From assembly GCA_018398765.1 (NCBI GenBank), contig JAHBMJ010000033.1, positions 1 through 59,399 on the forward strand: 59,399 nucleotides of DNA. The letters are read 5' to 3'. A program made the position numbers and the translations under genes. Below are positions 34,396 to 46,983 of this stretch, piece by piece. The notes beneath the pieces were generated by a model. The model was not told the origin of the DNA, did no database searches, and saw nothing but the letters and a program-made list of their open reading frames with translations. Source of the stretch: Chromera velia. Lineage: Eukaryota. Within the stretch, counting starts at the first letter, position 1, and each line of letters starts with the position of its first letter.

Positions 34396-35392
34396 TAGTG
34401 ACCATGTTTGATTTGATTATATTTGATTTGATTTGATTTAATTTGATTTAATTTGAGCTTCAACCTCAAATATTTGATATTTGAGGTAAGATTTGAGGTT
34501 AACCTCTTAGGGTTCCTCACTGAGTCACTGACTTACTGTCACTCTGATCATTTTTCTCATGACAATAGTTATCAGAACATTTCTGATGTGTACTTCAAAA
34601 ATTTAAAAAAATATATATATAATTATAACTTATCAGTTCCGTAAAAAAAATATACCTGTGTGGCAGTGTATATACACTAGTCACTGAGACTCACTCTAGT
34701 ACTAATAGAGATTAAGAACCCGTAAAAAAAATATGCCTGTGTGGCAGTGTATATACACTAGTCATTGAGACTCACTCTAGTACTAATAGAGATTAAGAAC
34801 GTAAAATTGATAGATTTGAAATTGCATATAACTTTTTGTTAATACGATAAAGTTAGAGCACGTACCAAAATTGAGGTAACAATCACTCAGCTTTATGGCA
34901 CTTCCTTTTCCTCTTCTTCATGATCACTTTCTTCAATGTGAATCGAATCGATCGGTGGTGGGAGCTGCTGAAAGCTTTTTCTCGGTGGTGGGAGCTGTAA
35001 AATGTTTGCAAACACTCAAAAAGGGGGCCATAAAAGATATTCTAGCACCAGAAAAGTCAACAGAGCTGTTCAGGAAAACGTTCAGCTGATCAGTTTACCT
35101 CTGCATGAAGTAAAAGGGGGTGAAACGTCAATTTCAGTACAGCTCAAAACGTTTTTTTTTTGAGAGCAAACCATCAAGATTTAGGTTTTTTCATTTGAAT
35201 CAGCATGCGTGACGGATCGGTACTTGCAAAAGTTTTTTCAGGACCTTCATATTTGAGGTTGAAAGTCATATTGATCAAATATTTGATCGTATTTGATAGG
35301 TCTTTAAACACTAGGTCCTCCCTGACTAGATATTTGATTTAAGCTTAAGCCCTACCTCAAATCAAATCAAATCAAATCAAACATGGTCACTA
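34396..35392. mobile_element. Non-autonomous hAT-like element, 997 bp
   Basis: TIRs TAGTGACCATGTTTGATTTGAT / ATCAAATCAAACATGGTCACTA; perfect 8-bp TSD ACTGAGAC (34388-34395, 35393-35400); (ATTTG)n subterminal repeats; internal tandem duplication of about 81 bp (34639-34800). Confidence 0.92.
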
Positions 35393-36718
35393 ACTGAGAC
35401 TAAACAATTTCTAAATTAAAGTAGATTGCAATTCTCATAAGGTGGAAGCAAGCCTCAGATATTTGAAGTTGAAAAAAGTTCCCAAAAAACACGTTTTAAA
35501 CTTGGCTAGAAAATGAATCAATTCAATCAAATTATTTTTTTTTCTTCAAAAAAATATATGTGCATGCATATCTTATCTTTCTCTTTCTTTTTAGTGTTCT
35601 TTGGAACTTTTTTCAAAGTACGTTGCCATGTGAGTCCTAGGTTAAATCTCAATGAACCTTACTAATCTTTACCCGGCCCACTTTATATCACACACAGTGA
35701 CATCTAGAGTGACATACTTCTACACATCTGATAACAGCTGAGTAACACCTCAAACAAAGCTTTCAGATCGTTTTCATCAATTCCAACATGAATTCATTTG
35801 TATCATTTTCGGTTGGTTCCTGGTAGGAATCTAAGAATAGTGTGACCGCAGCCACGCAAGACAATTTGCAAATGCTTCGGGATCGCCTGGAACAAATTTT
35901 TCCGTTTTGTATCCAGCCTCAATGATCACGATCTGCAAAGAGCGTTTACAGCAGATGAAGTTAAGTTTTGCGAAGAGAAGTCCAATCGAGAACCGGTAGC
36001 GATAAGCCAAGAAAAAGTGCAAGCATAGGGTGTCAGAGCATGGAAAACGATGTCGATTTGACGCATGTATACTTTCATAATGCGCGTGTGATAACAAACA
36101 CGTTTTGTGTGATGTATTGCGAAAGGAAGCGCAAGCGACGCACACCGCGTCGAGAACATTGCGCATGAGAGAGGGAGCAAAAGTTTGTTGGTATCAAGAC
36201 GAAAAGAGGCCACACACGAGTGGAGAATAACAAAGGAAAAAGTTATTTGTGCAGACAAACAAACGTACCAGAGGTGACAGAATGAAAAACCTTCCATGGA
36301 AACGTTACGACAGAGCGAGAGGCGGAGAAGAATCCATCAAGGCAAGAAGCTAGGAGAATGAACGCGAATGGAATAGACGAAGAAAACGATTTCTCAGAGA
36401 AGAGGGAGCCAAGAGAGCAGGAAACCGAATTCCCGCACAGACTGTCGGAAGCAAAAAAGCATTCACAGAAGACTTAGTGGGGCGGAGGGGAGGCGACCGT
36501 CAACAAAACAGAGCTAGCACGAAGACTCCAAGCAGAAGCAACAACACTGCACCATGCAGAGAAAAAAGAGGTGAGATCAAGCAAGAGCACCTACCTGAGT
36601 CTCACAACCATTTAAGGGAAAAAGAAAAATAAATCCAGAAGAGAGGCCCCCCCCAATACGTACAGTAAGTAGACAGACAGCAGACAGGGAGGGCGGGTGA
36701 CTATTTCATTCGAATGAG

Positions 36719-39143
36719 TCAACTTTTCCTTCCACGCCTAACTCCTACCTGTTTTTGTTTCTCTGTGGATCCCTGTCTGTCTTCGTTGCCCTCTCTCTGA
36801 CCATCAACCTCCTCTTTCTCTTCTGGTGGGGGTATCAGAAGGTGGTACTCGAACGGGACCGTGACGGGCCCTTTTCTGAAACCCGGAGGCCAACAGAAAC
36901 TGCCACAAGATGCCGCCATGTGTTGCGTGTCTTGTTCATTACTTGGGAGACTCCGGTCAATTTGCTGGGCTTCATCGGGTGTCTCTTTTTGGCCTTTCTT
37001 CCTCTGTGGCTGAGCTCGCTGCTGTTGTTGGAAGAAGTCTCTATCTTCATCCGAAAGAAGAAAGAGAGGATCGCATGGAGGCAGGAGTTCAGAGAGGATG
37101 GGCGACCAGAAGGGCAACTGAAATGTGCAGACCTGAGAAGGAAAGAGAAGACGGACAGACAGACAAACTACATGTTGTTTCTTTTCCTTTCTTTCCTTCT
37201 CTTGACTCATTGTCAAATCGGACAGACCAGACAGAGAGAGAGAAAGACAGGAGAGTACATCAGCAGACACGCAACAATTAAGCAAAGGAAAAGAAAGAGG
37301 ATGGATACCCCCTTTGCTTTGCTTTGCTTTTTCTCTTTCGCTCTTCCCTTTTTCTTCTTTTTGCGCATACAGTGGAAGGGTGCCAGAGCTTGGACACAGC
37401 ACTGAGACAGACAGACAGACAGACAGACGGACAGGAAGGAAGGAAGGAAGAATGCAAGGAAGGAAGAATGCAAGACGACACAAGGAAAGGAAGGAAGGCA
37501 CAAACCATGAGTGTGCAAGAGTGGATTGAGAACCCGGCCTTCAAAGTTCATGAAAGGAACTTGTGAAGCTGGACAGATCGGAGGGGAATATTTACATGAA
37601 GGAAGGAAGGAAGTGGCATCTCCAAAAGTTTGACTTTGTGTAGACTGTCGGTCTGTCAACAGGGGAGAAGAGCGCATGAGTGAAAAAAGAAAGGGGGAGA
37701 GGAAGAAAGGAAGGCAAGGGAGGGAGGAAGAAAAGAGAGTGTCAAGACGATGGGAGACAGAAACTTTTTGTGCAGAGACCCAAGAGGACGGACTACCAGA
37801 CAGCTGAAGTGGTTTGGAGATTGGGGGGGGGAGAGGACAGCACCCGGTAGTAGTAAGATAAGTGTTAGGGACGGGACAGTCCACTCCTCGAGTGAGTCCA
37901 AATTTTCTTTTCTTTTTCTCCTTCCGATTGTAACCTTCTTTGCCGGTTTCCTCGACTCCTTTCGTGCTTTTGTAATACTTTGGTTGTGATTTTTGCTTTG
38001 CATTGTTCTTTTTTTTTTTCTTTGTTTCTTTATTGCTTGCTTGCTCTCTCCGATCCAGGGAGTCACACAAACCTACGAACTCACCCACCTGCACAGACCG
38101 GAACTTTTCCAAGGGGTCCTCCAAAACAGCACTGAGGGAAAGAGGAACGGTCAGGTAACCCTCACCTGCAACACCCCATTGAGAGGATGGAAAACACCGC
38201 GAATCGAACACTCTACTAACACAACCATGAACTTAAACAGAGAGTACATGACTGTCTGACAGCCGTAAGCCTGACTAGGAATCAGAGTGCGACGAAGGGA
38301 AAGGAGGAAGCTGTGCATCAGGGAGAGCACTGCCTTGCAGCCCTCACTGAATCATGTGACTTTGTGCTGAAGTGCTGCCATGCAGTCTGCATGTCCTGAT
38401 GCTTGAATCTCTTACCAAAGAAGCCTAAATTGGATCGGAATTTGCCCAACAGGTCGACGGCCCAACCTTTGAAGAATCTCGACATATAGACCAGAAGTAA
38501 TATAAAGTCGCTTAAATGGTCGCTGACCAGAAAAATCGGGATTGGATATCAGGCGAAAGTCGAGCCCAACGAACGCACTGCCAACATCCCGAAAGTTTCC
38601 CAAAGCGAGAACATCGCCAAATTTCAAGTCCTTGCAGGTTGGCAGCTCCTTCTTTCCCTCGGGATCCTCCGGAGCACTCTCAATAAGGCGCTGCTGTTTG
38701 GCATGAAGGAGGTCGAGAAGATCCCAGACAAAGCACCCACTGCAATGAAAAAGGAAAGACCGAAGCAAATTCGCACACGAAGACTGCAGGATCCCGATTT
38801 CCAAGCCTAAAGAGGGCAAGAGGGCTCGTCCACCACGACAGAGTGTCACTGACCTGACGTCAAACTGCAGTGCCTGGAGGGTCCGGTCTTCCTCGTTCTC
38901 TTCTGAGAGGTCAAAGCAGCAGTCAAAACGAGACGCCGCCTCGAGAAAGTGCCGTCTCCATTCTGAATTCGACTCCTTCAAATCACCCTTTAAGGCACTG
39001 GAGGTCAGCCCAAGGTATATGATGTCCTTCGGAGTGAGAAAGCGAAGAACCGCAACCGAAGCAAATACCGGGTCCGCAACCATGGAAAAGGACGTGCCCA
39101 TAGGGCTTGGAGGGTCGGTTGGAGAAGCAGCTTGGATATCCAT
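36719..39143 (-). CDS. Multi-exon hypothetical protein, possibly with an F-box-like N-terminus
   Basis: Coding-like exons at about 39143-38528, 38167-38055 and 37132-36719 with GT/AG signals; N-terminal VLRFLTPKDIIYLGLTSS…WRRHF. A further exon may lie at about 35831-35932. Confidence 0.55.
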
Positions 39144-39610
39144 TTTCCGGGGACTCTGACGGATTCAAGGAATTCAAACGCAGCTTTTGGCGCCTGTTCG
39201 AGGAATCGAATGCCTTCCGGAGGGTGGGTAGCAGTGTGCTCCTGCATGACAACCGGTGATCGATGTTCTTGGAAGCGTGAATGTGTATGGGTGAAATTCC
39301 CCCGGTGAATCACAGTCGATGGCTCAGTGCAGGCACGCAACCTGACAAGGCGGCCTGGCGGCGGCGGCGGCGCCGGGCGGCGCGGCGGTGCGGGTGCATG
39401 GCGCAATCGGACCGCGCGGCATGCAATTTCTGTGTCGCCTTCAATTTCTTGACGAAAGTTTCCTGCATGTGCGCCATTGTGCGCATGCACACACCAGTTG
39501 ACTGGTCACTCTCCCTCTCTGCGCAAACGTTGTTTCCATTGCTGTGGGGTTTTCCACTGGAGTCTTGAGAAAGCAGATAGTCCCGAGCTCTTTTATCACC
39601 GGGCTCCAAG

Positions 39611-41095
39611 ATGGTGTTGCGAAGATCCTTTGTGGCGTCTCTTGCCCCTTTTTTTTTCGTCGTAGTCCTCAGCCTGGTTGTCCAACATGTCTGCGCAAAG
39701 GCAGTCCAGCTGGTCGTGCCAGTAGATCAGCACGAGGGCCTTGCTGTCCAGGAAGGAGCAGCAAAAGCGTTGGTGAAGTTGGACGAGCCTTTGTACGTTA
39801 TCAGCGTAGTCGGTAAGTTCGCATATCGATATTTGTGTCAGGACAGATTCCTCCATTTGGTATTCTGAGAAATGCTTTCTCTTTCCCTCTTTTTGGCTTT
39901 TTGCAGGGCCTGTCCATAGCGGCAAATCTTTCATGCAAAACCAGTTGATCAAACTCAGTCAAGGCGACTTTGCAGTTCGAGGGGATCTCTTTGAGTTGGG
40001 TTACACGGTTGATGCCAAAACTGAAGGTCTGTGGATGTTCCCGGTGCCCATGAGGAACAACAGGGGGACGCTGGTCTTTCTTGATTCCGAGGGCCTTTTT
40101 GCGTCCAACGCCACCGAGCTGTACGACGCCAAAATCTACGCCATCGCCTCTCTCCTGAGCAGTCACGTGTTGTTCAATTCCGTGAAAATGATCGATCAAC
40201 AAATGATCGAAATGCTCGAGATGCTTGCCAAACGGGCCCAATTGTTCGGTTTCCGTGCGCAAGCAGATCACCCAGAGCTTCGATCCCAGCCCATCGGTCA
40301 TGTGGTTGACTCTCTAACAAGTCCCCACCTCTCCTGGGTTGTTCAGGATTTCGTATCCAGAGTGCCCCACGGCACCCCCACAGACTGGTTGAGGTCTCTT
40401 CTCGGTGCCCTGCGGCGGGAGAGGCAGCGCACCTCAAACGAACAAAACCCGCTCATGCTGGATAAGCTTTTTAGTTCCTACGAAGCCCACGTGCTGCCTC
40501 CACCCGCAGCAAAGACCAAAGTCCTTACTGAGTTGGACAAGGCAGAGCCTAGTCAGATAGAGGAGGAGTACTGGCAAGCTCTCTCCAAACTGCACACGGA
40601 GGTTTTCTCTCCCGATGCTCTCCATGCAAAAGCAAAGTTGGGCCCAGACGGCTCACCGATGACGGGGGCTCAATTGGCCCAGCTGCTCAACTTCCTTGTG
40701 GCAGCGATGGGGGAACAACAGTTTCCCACCGTTGCGCCCGCCTGGGAGAGTTTCTCAAGACAGCAGGCGAACGTTGCGACAGAAGCCGTGGAGCGTCAGT
40801 TTGACAGAGGTCAGTCAGGGTCGCATTGACGTACAAATATTTGCCCAGGTTCACTTGTTAATCATTGATGCTGTTTTCATTTCGTTGTATAACAGGGGTC
40901 ACTCGTATACGCCACTGAACTGCTTTCCGGGATTTCGCTTCTCTCTTTCTCTTTCCGGAATTTCGCTTCTCTCTTTCTTATGATTGATTCATTGACCGAC
41001 AGACTGATTGATTGATTGATTGATTGAGTGAGTGAGTGGGTGAGTGACTGACTGACTCTTTCTTTCCTTTTTCTTTATCTCTTTCTTTTTCTCTC

Positions 41096-41128
<33 letters not shown>

Positions 41129-41173
41129 TTCCTTCCCTTCCTTCCTTCCTTTCCTTCCTTCCTTCCTTCCTTC

Positions 41174-41224
<51 letters not shown>

Positions 41225-41248
41225 TTCTTTCTTTCTTTCTTTCTTTCT

Positions 41249-41280
<32 letters not shown>

Positions 41281-43412
41281 CTTCCTTCCTTCCTTCCTTC
41301 CTCCCTCTCTACTATTCTTCCTTCTTTCAAGTCAACGGAGGAAAGGAGGGCAGAGGGATAGCAGAGACTGCTGCAGGGAACTGCGAGAACCTTGAGAGAA
41401 GAAACGGCGAGGGAGGAAGCGAGGACGCGTGCCCAAGCGGACTTTCCCTGTCGCCTGTCTCCATGCAGCTTTCCTTCTCTTTTGTCTTGTCTTCAGTTCT
41501 TTCGTTGATCACTCGTGCTGGATCAGGCTGTGTCATGAGCGCGCGTGTTTATGCAGTGGTCCTTTTTCTTGCGTTAATTTCTGTGCATGCAGGGCTCTCG
41601 GTAATAGGTGCCAAGAAGGTTGATGTGGTTTCTGTGCTGCCGGGGGGCAGTCGTGCGTCGGTGTCCAGAGTCAGAGAAGTTTGGACGCCCTCCGAGGCCT
41701 CTCTTGTGTTCTCCCGCTCGTTTGAGGAAGCGCTGAGGCTTTGGGATAAATTGGCTTTGGGTTTGGGGAAGTGGGAGGAGACGGGGAGGGAAGCGTTGAG
41801 CAGTTCCATGGAGGAGAGGAGGGGCGAAGTGATGGAGACTGTGTGCACGGATGCACTGAAATTCTGCGAGGCTGCAGAGCGAAAAAGCTTTGAGGAGTTG
41901 ACCCCCATGCTGAACTCTCTCGACCTCCCCCTCCATGGGGGCGAGCTTGACAGGTCCCTCCAAAAAGTAGGCGAGGAAAGAGTTTCCTCTCGTCGAAACT
42001 TCATCAACAGGGAAAGGGGGGGGCCTGTAAATGAAGAAGGGGATGGAAATGGGAGGGGGGGATCCTCAGAGAGTCTAGTAGAGACGGAGTGCTGCCAGAA
42101 GGCGTTTTCGGAGTCCGCCCGTCGTTGGTCTCTTGAAGCGACAGCGGTGAGAGAAAAGAATCAGCGGAGAAAGACAGAATTGCTCGAAAGTGCCGCAGGG
42201 GCGGCTTTAGAGATCTTCACAGTCTCTGCGGGGAGAATCACCCCCAATGTCTTACGCAAAAAGAATTTGAAAGATCTGACCGCAGAGTTATCCGCTCTTG
42301 TTACCCAAAGCGCCGCAACATTTGAGGAGCGAACTGCAAGACTGAAGGATGACGGCCAAAGGGCCATATACAGGTCGTCTACAGGTGCAGAGGCGCAAGA
42401 GAAGGTGAAGGGTGCGAAGCGCGAGTGGAATGATTTATGCAAAAAGGACGGGGAACGTCTCCTCGATCCTCTCTCGAAGGAGCATTCGGATGATGTTCGT
42501 CGTCTTCGCAGTCAGATGCCCCTAGATGAGGCTGCTTTGACGTCTCTCCTCAAACAGAAGGAGACGAGCACGCATCAAAGCTTCAGAGAACGACACGCAC
42601 TCTGCGTTGAGTCCGCTGCGTTCCCTTCTCTTGAGAGCCGTCTGCTGAAGACGTGCAGTGCAGCAGCAGACAGTGCAAGACGCGAGAACACAGAAGCATT
42701 AAAAAGAGAGGTCATCGGGCCTCTGTCTGCTGCGTCGGTGCAGTTGAGGGCAGTTGTGGATTCCTTTTGGTTTCCCTCAAGCCTTGAGCGTCGTGCAATA
42801 GACGTGGGGCTGAAGGCCTTGAGGGCTGTGCAACTACAGAGGAAACAGGACGGGCGTCCCGAAATAGGGGAGCGCTTGATGCGTTCGGTGGTGGATTCGT
42901 GGATTTCTTCTGACCTAGATTATCTCCGTCAGAAAGTATTAGACAGAAGGGACCGTGGGATTTTGGTTGTCACTGTGTGGGGTGGAACGATTTTGCATCT
43001 GTGTCTTTCCTTGGTCTTTTCAGGACCTTTTTCGCTGTTGAGTGTTTCTCTTATGGGCTCTCTTCTCCTCTCTGCTGCCGTTAGTTGGTCTGCTGTTCTG
43101 CAGATGGGACTCGTTTATGCCGTCCGGCTGTTCACACCCTTAGTCCCTTCTTTTGTTTTCTGGGCCGTTGCACTTCTTGCGGGTGCGGCTGCGATTTTGG
43201 TCTGTCTACGTCAGCAAAAAGAGGAGGGACACTACGGCAGACAGCAGCAGACGTCGGGAGCAACGGCAGTGCCGCTTCCTCCAAATTTACACCATGCAGC
43301 CACACAGAGGGGGGCATTCTGTCATCGTCCGCAGCAGCAGCAGCAGCCGCAACAACGGATGAACGTGAATAATCCGTTCGGCAACGGGGGGCGGCGGGGG
43401 TTTGTTTGGTAG
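39611..43412 (+). CDS. Guanylate-binding protein/atlastin-family large GTPase with N-terminal signal peptide and C-terminal TM region
   Basis: Exons 39611-39812, 39907-40809 and 41593-43412 have compatible phase-1 junctions. Motifs: G1 VVG|PVHSGKS, G2 TEGLW, G3 LDSEG, YDAKIYA…LLSS, G4 region WVVQDF. These are followed by a helical stalk and a long hydrophobic C-terminal segment. Confidence 0.88.
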
Positions 43413-43690
43413 TTGGGCGGTAGGCTTGACTGTGCTCGTATGCATGGAAAATTATGTATTGATCAATCAACTAGTCAATTAATTGTCTTTGGGAATTTGC
43501 TGAGAGTCATACGAAGTCAATACACGAAGGAGGGCAGGACCGTGACAGGAGAAGGAGGTGGGTATATGTGGGTCGGACGTTTCTTGGAGGAGAAGGTGGT
43601 ATTGATACTGCCATGGTCGTAGAGAAGGTAACGTTGGGGCTGGATGGGGTCCATGAGCGCAACTAGGAGCGCAATTTGTGTGCACTGTGC

Positions 43691-43730
<40 letters not shown>

Positions 43731-43732
43731 CC

Positions 43733-43768
<36 letters not shown>

Positions 43769-44111
43769 CGCACAGAGAGATGAAAACGTGGTACGCAAGG
43801 GGGTGGCAGGGTCTGCAATATAGGCTGCCAGTGGCTCAGTCTCACCGCTCAGACCAAACTTAGTGCATGAAGACGAATTCAACGATACGGGCCATCATAC
43901 GGCCTGAAATCATTATAATTTCTAGTATAATTTTATGCATTCAGACACTGTTCAGCTTTAATTCGACTTTAATTTTGACTGGGTCCCCGTTTTCATTGTT
44001 TCCAGAATATACTCTAATAATATTTACGGTTGTTTACCGTCGTAAACAGTTTAAATCTAGCTTTAAATTCATAACTAGTAGTAAAAATACTATTTATCGA
44101 TTCATATGGGT

Positions 44112-44180
44112 GGATTAGGATTAGGATTTATGTTCCGGGTTTGTCCCGAGGTCCACTGCCGGGAGATGGCTTGCACCGTG
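44112..44180 (-). repeat. Short structured repeat, copy D
   Basis: Reverse complement is cacggtgcaagccatctcccggcagtggacctcgggacaaacccggaacataaatcctaatcctaatcc. Confidence 0.8.
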
Positions 44181-46983
44181 ACAACAATCACTATACATTT
44201 GTCTAAGCATTTCCTTTTTCAAAGTACGTTTGCATGCTTATATTTTTCAATACAATTAATCTACAACAATCGTTTTAATAATGATACCGTTGATATCTAC
44301 ACTGTGCTGTTAGGAGTAACTACCAGCCTTTTTGAGAAAGCTTTTGGTTACCATCAAATTGGTAGCTGAAATTTTGTAATTGGAGGGGTCTGACGGGACT
44401 ACTGCTGCCACGGTAATCTGCCTGAATCTGGCTGCAAATATATTAAATCGGGATCTAATATAAGAGAAATTAACGTATCTTTAAAAACTGTGTACAATAT
44501 AAAAAGGATCATTTTTAAACTTATCTTATCTAAGTTGTTTCTATATAATATCAAAAACTTGACTTTGACTTATACATATATTTAATTTGTGGATATAAGA
44601 GAACTTTGCAAGAAATCTATCTTTGGGTACAAGTTTGGTACTCAATTTACCTTAGTTTAATTACCTACTAGTTTGTCCAGCTTAAAAGAACGTTTACCAC
44701 TGTTTTGGTTACCAAAACAACGGTAATCAATGTGACTCTGCATGTGTTAGGGTTCGGGCCTGAGTCAGACATCGGTACAACAGTCTGTACACAGGAACTG
44801 AGACTGGAGGAAGTAGGTTAGAAAACAAGCCGACAGCGCTAGGCTAAGTACAAAGCAATGATAGTAGAAGCAGCGTACTTAGAACATTCAACGTCAAGAA
44901 GTCTGGATCTAGAAGGACTGACCTTAATTCAAGCATTCTAACTTCTATCTTCTCAATCTGTTGCCGTTTACGTTATGTTGATCGAGAGGATGCGACTATT
45001 CGGATCGACACGTCACATATACACAGAATCGGCTGTCTCTCAATCGGCTAATTACTGACTATCATGAATCGGGTCTTTTCGTTCACTGTTATTATGAAGA
45101 GACAATCATTCGATCATTCATGTCTGCATGTACATGAATGAAATCTGTATCAACTCGTGCATGCAAATCGTTAGATCATCATAGGCGGCGGCGGCGGGCG
45201 TCGGCGCGCGTGCAGTGGCCTGTGTGTCCGTCCACCCCCGCGCGCACTAACAATCACCCCTTTCGTTCTGGAGGCGACACTGCTCGATCGAAAGAACGAA
45301 CACTCAAATGCAAATCAAGAAAACGAAAGCAATTAAATCACGCAATCATGCATTCAAAGAAATCATCATACATTTCGCAGGAATTTAGTTTGTCTGTCTG
45401 CCCTCTAAAATCCAGTCTCTATCCAGCAAACTGCAGCCCTCAACTCAGCAAGGCATTCAAGAACGTATTCGAGCTCTCCCTGCATTCTTGGTTCTGACTT
45501 AAAACTGTTTAGATGCTGACTGGTGCAAGAGGGGCTGACTGTCTAACACAACCAAAACTTCTGGCTTCTTTCCCTAAAGCTTACTCATGAAATGTATAAT
45601 TCCGAATGCAGCTTTCACGCCCTCCCTCATTGCTAACAACTCTGCTGACATCGTGCTCCCCAGCTTTTTCGCTTCTTTTTTGGAGTACCACAACAAGGTG
45701 TTCTTTTCTCCCACCCCTTTTAAATTACTCAAAGTGGAGCGAGGAACTAGCTACATTTCATACCCCAGACGCCTTTCCTTCTTGTGCAATTTATTCATAT
45801 GATGTATCAACCCAAACAAGCAACACAAAGTCATCATAAAAAAAAACGAGTTCTAGAGGTCGAGACGACTCCCTTGCATGCCAGAGGGCTTTTTCCGTTG
45901 CATAGAGGGTGTGTGGAGATGGTTTGGTGTTCAAACGTGACAGATGACTAAAAAACAAATTCATATGAGAGGAAAAATGCTGTATATGATCGCATACACA
46001 GAGTTTGTCGGATCAAGAGAACCGGTAGAAGGGGTGCATTAATTGGAGCATCAGTGCTGAGTCCCTAATCACTAAAAGAGGGGTTGCTGTCAGCTAGTGC
46101 GATAATCACTGCGATTCAAAATTTAATTTGTAGCGCGTTGAATTTATAGTATTCAATCTATAGAGCAAAGACTCAAAAGCTCTTTGAAAGCCTCTTTCAT
46201 CATTATCATCATCATTCTTATTATTATATTCTTAGTTGGTGTAAGTCTGTATATTGAACGTATAGCATTATTATTAATAAGAATTTAATTGATTATTATA
46301 TACTATCATAATCATCATCATCATTATTCATACTTCAATCATAGTTCAATGCCAATGAAACTTAGCAGCATATATAACTAGCTAGATAGTCTATGTACTA
46401 AGTAGTGTACTGCATACCAAATTATGTACGTGAACTCTAAACTTGCTAATCTGATAATCTTTTAAAACACCGATCCTAGCACTAATCATATAATAATCTA
46501 TGCAAAGATCTATGCCAGAAGTACTACATTGTATCTAGACACTGTATGCTAGAAACTTAGTAGGAAGTATGTCTTATCTGTATATAGTTAGTTTAGGACC
46601 ACTGTTTAGCTACTGTAAGCAGCTAATAGCTTAAAATTTTATACAACAGTCTAAATACTTTAATTGCTAGTTTCATTTACTAGTTTATTCAACATAATCT
46701 ACAACACATTTTAATTTAAATCACATATCTTTATGTTTTGAAACTAGTTCTGAAAAAAGAACTAAAGAAAGAATTTAACTAGGGTTGGGCACTAAAGTTT
46801 TTTTTATAATATAGTTTGCCTGAAAAACTTTAAACTTTATCTTCTAGTGACTTTAAAAGTAAACATGCAACTAGACATACAAAAGTTAATTTAGAAGACA
46901 TTGCTAGGAAAGTTGATTTTGCATGTAAAAAATCTATGTAGTACTCCTCAATCGCTGAACTCCTTGATACTCCTTATCATTTG

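Noticed and set aside
41463..41592. Separate signal-peptide gene starting at 41463
   Set aside because: The hydrophobic stretch is a translated pyrimidine-rich intron end, and the acceptor at 41592 is in phase with the GBP exon.
44112..44130. Telomeric repeat (GGATTA)n
   Set aside because: Only 2-3 units are present and they form the tail of the structured repeat, whose tail differs among copies.
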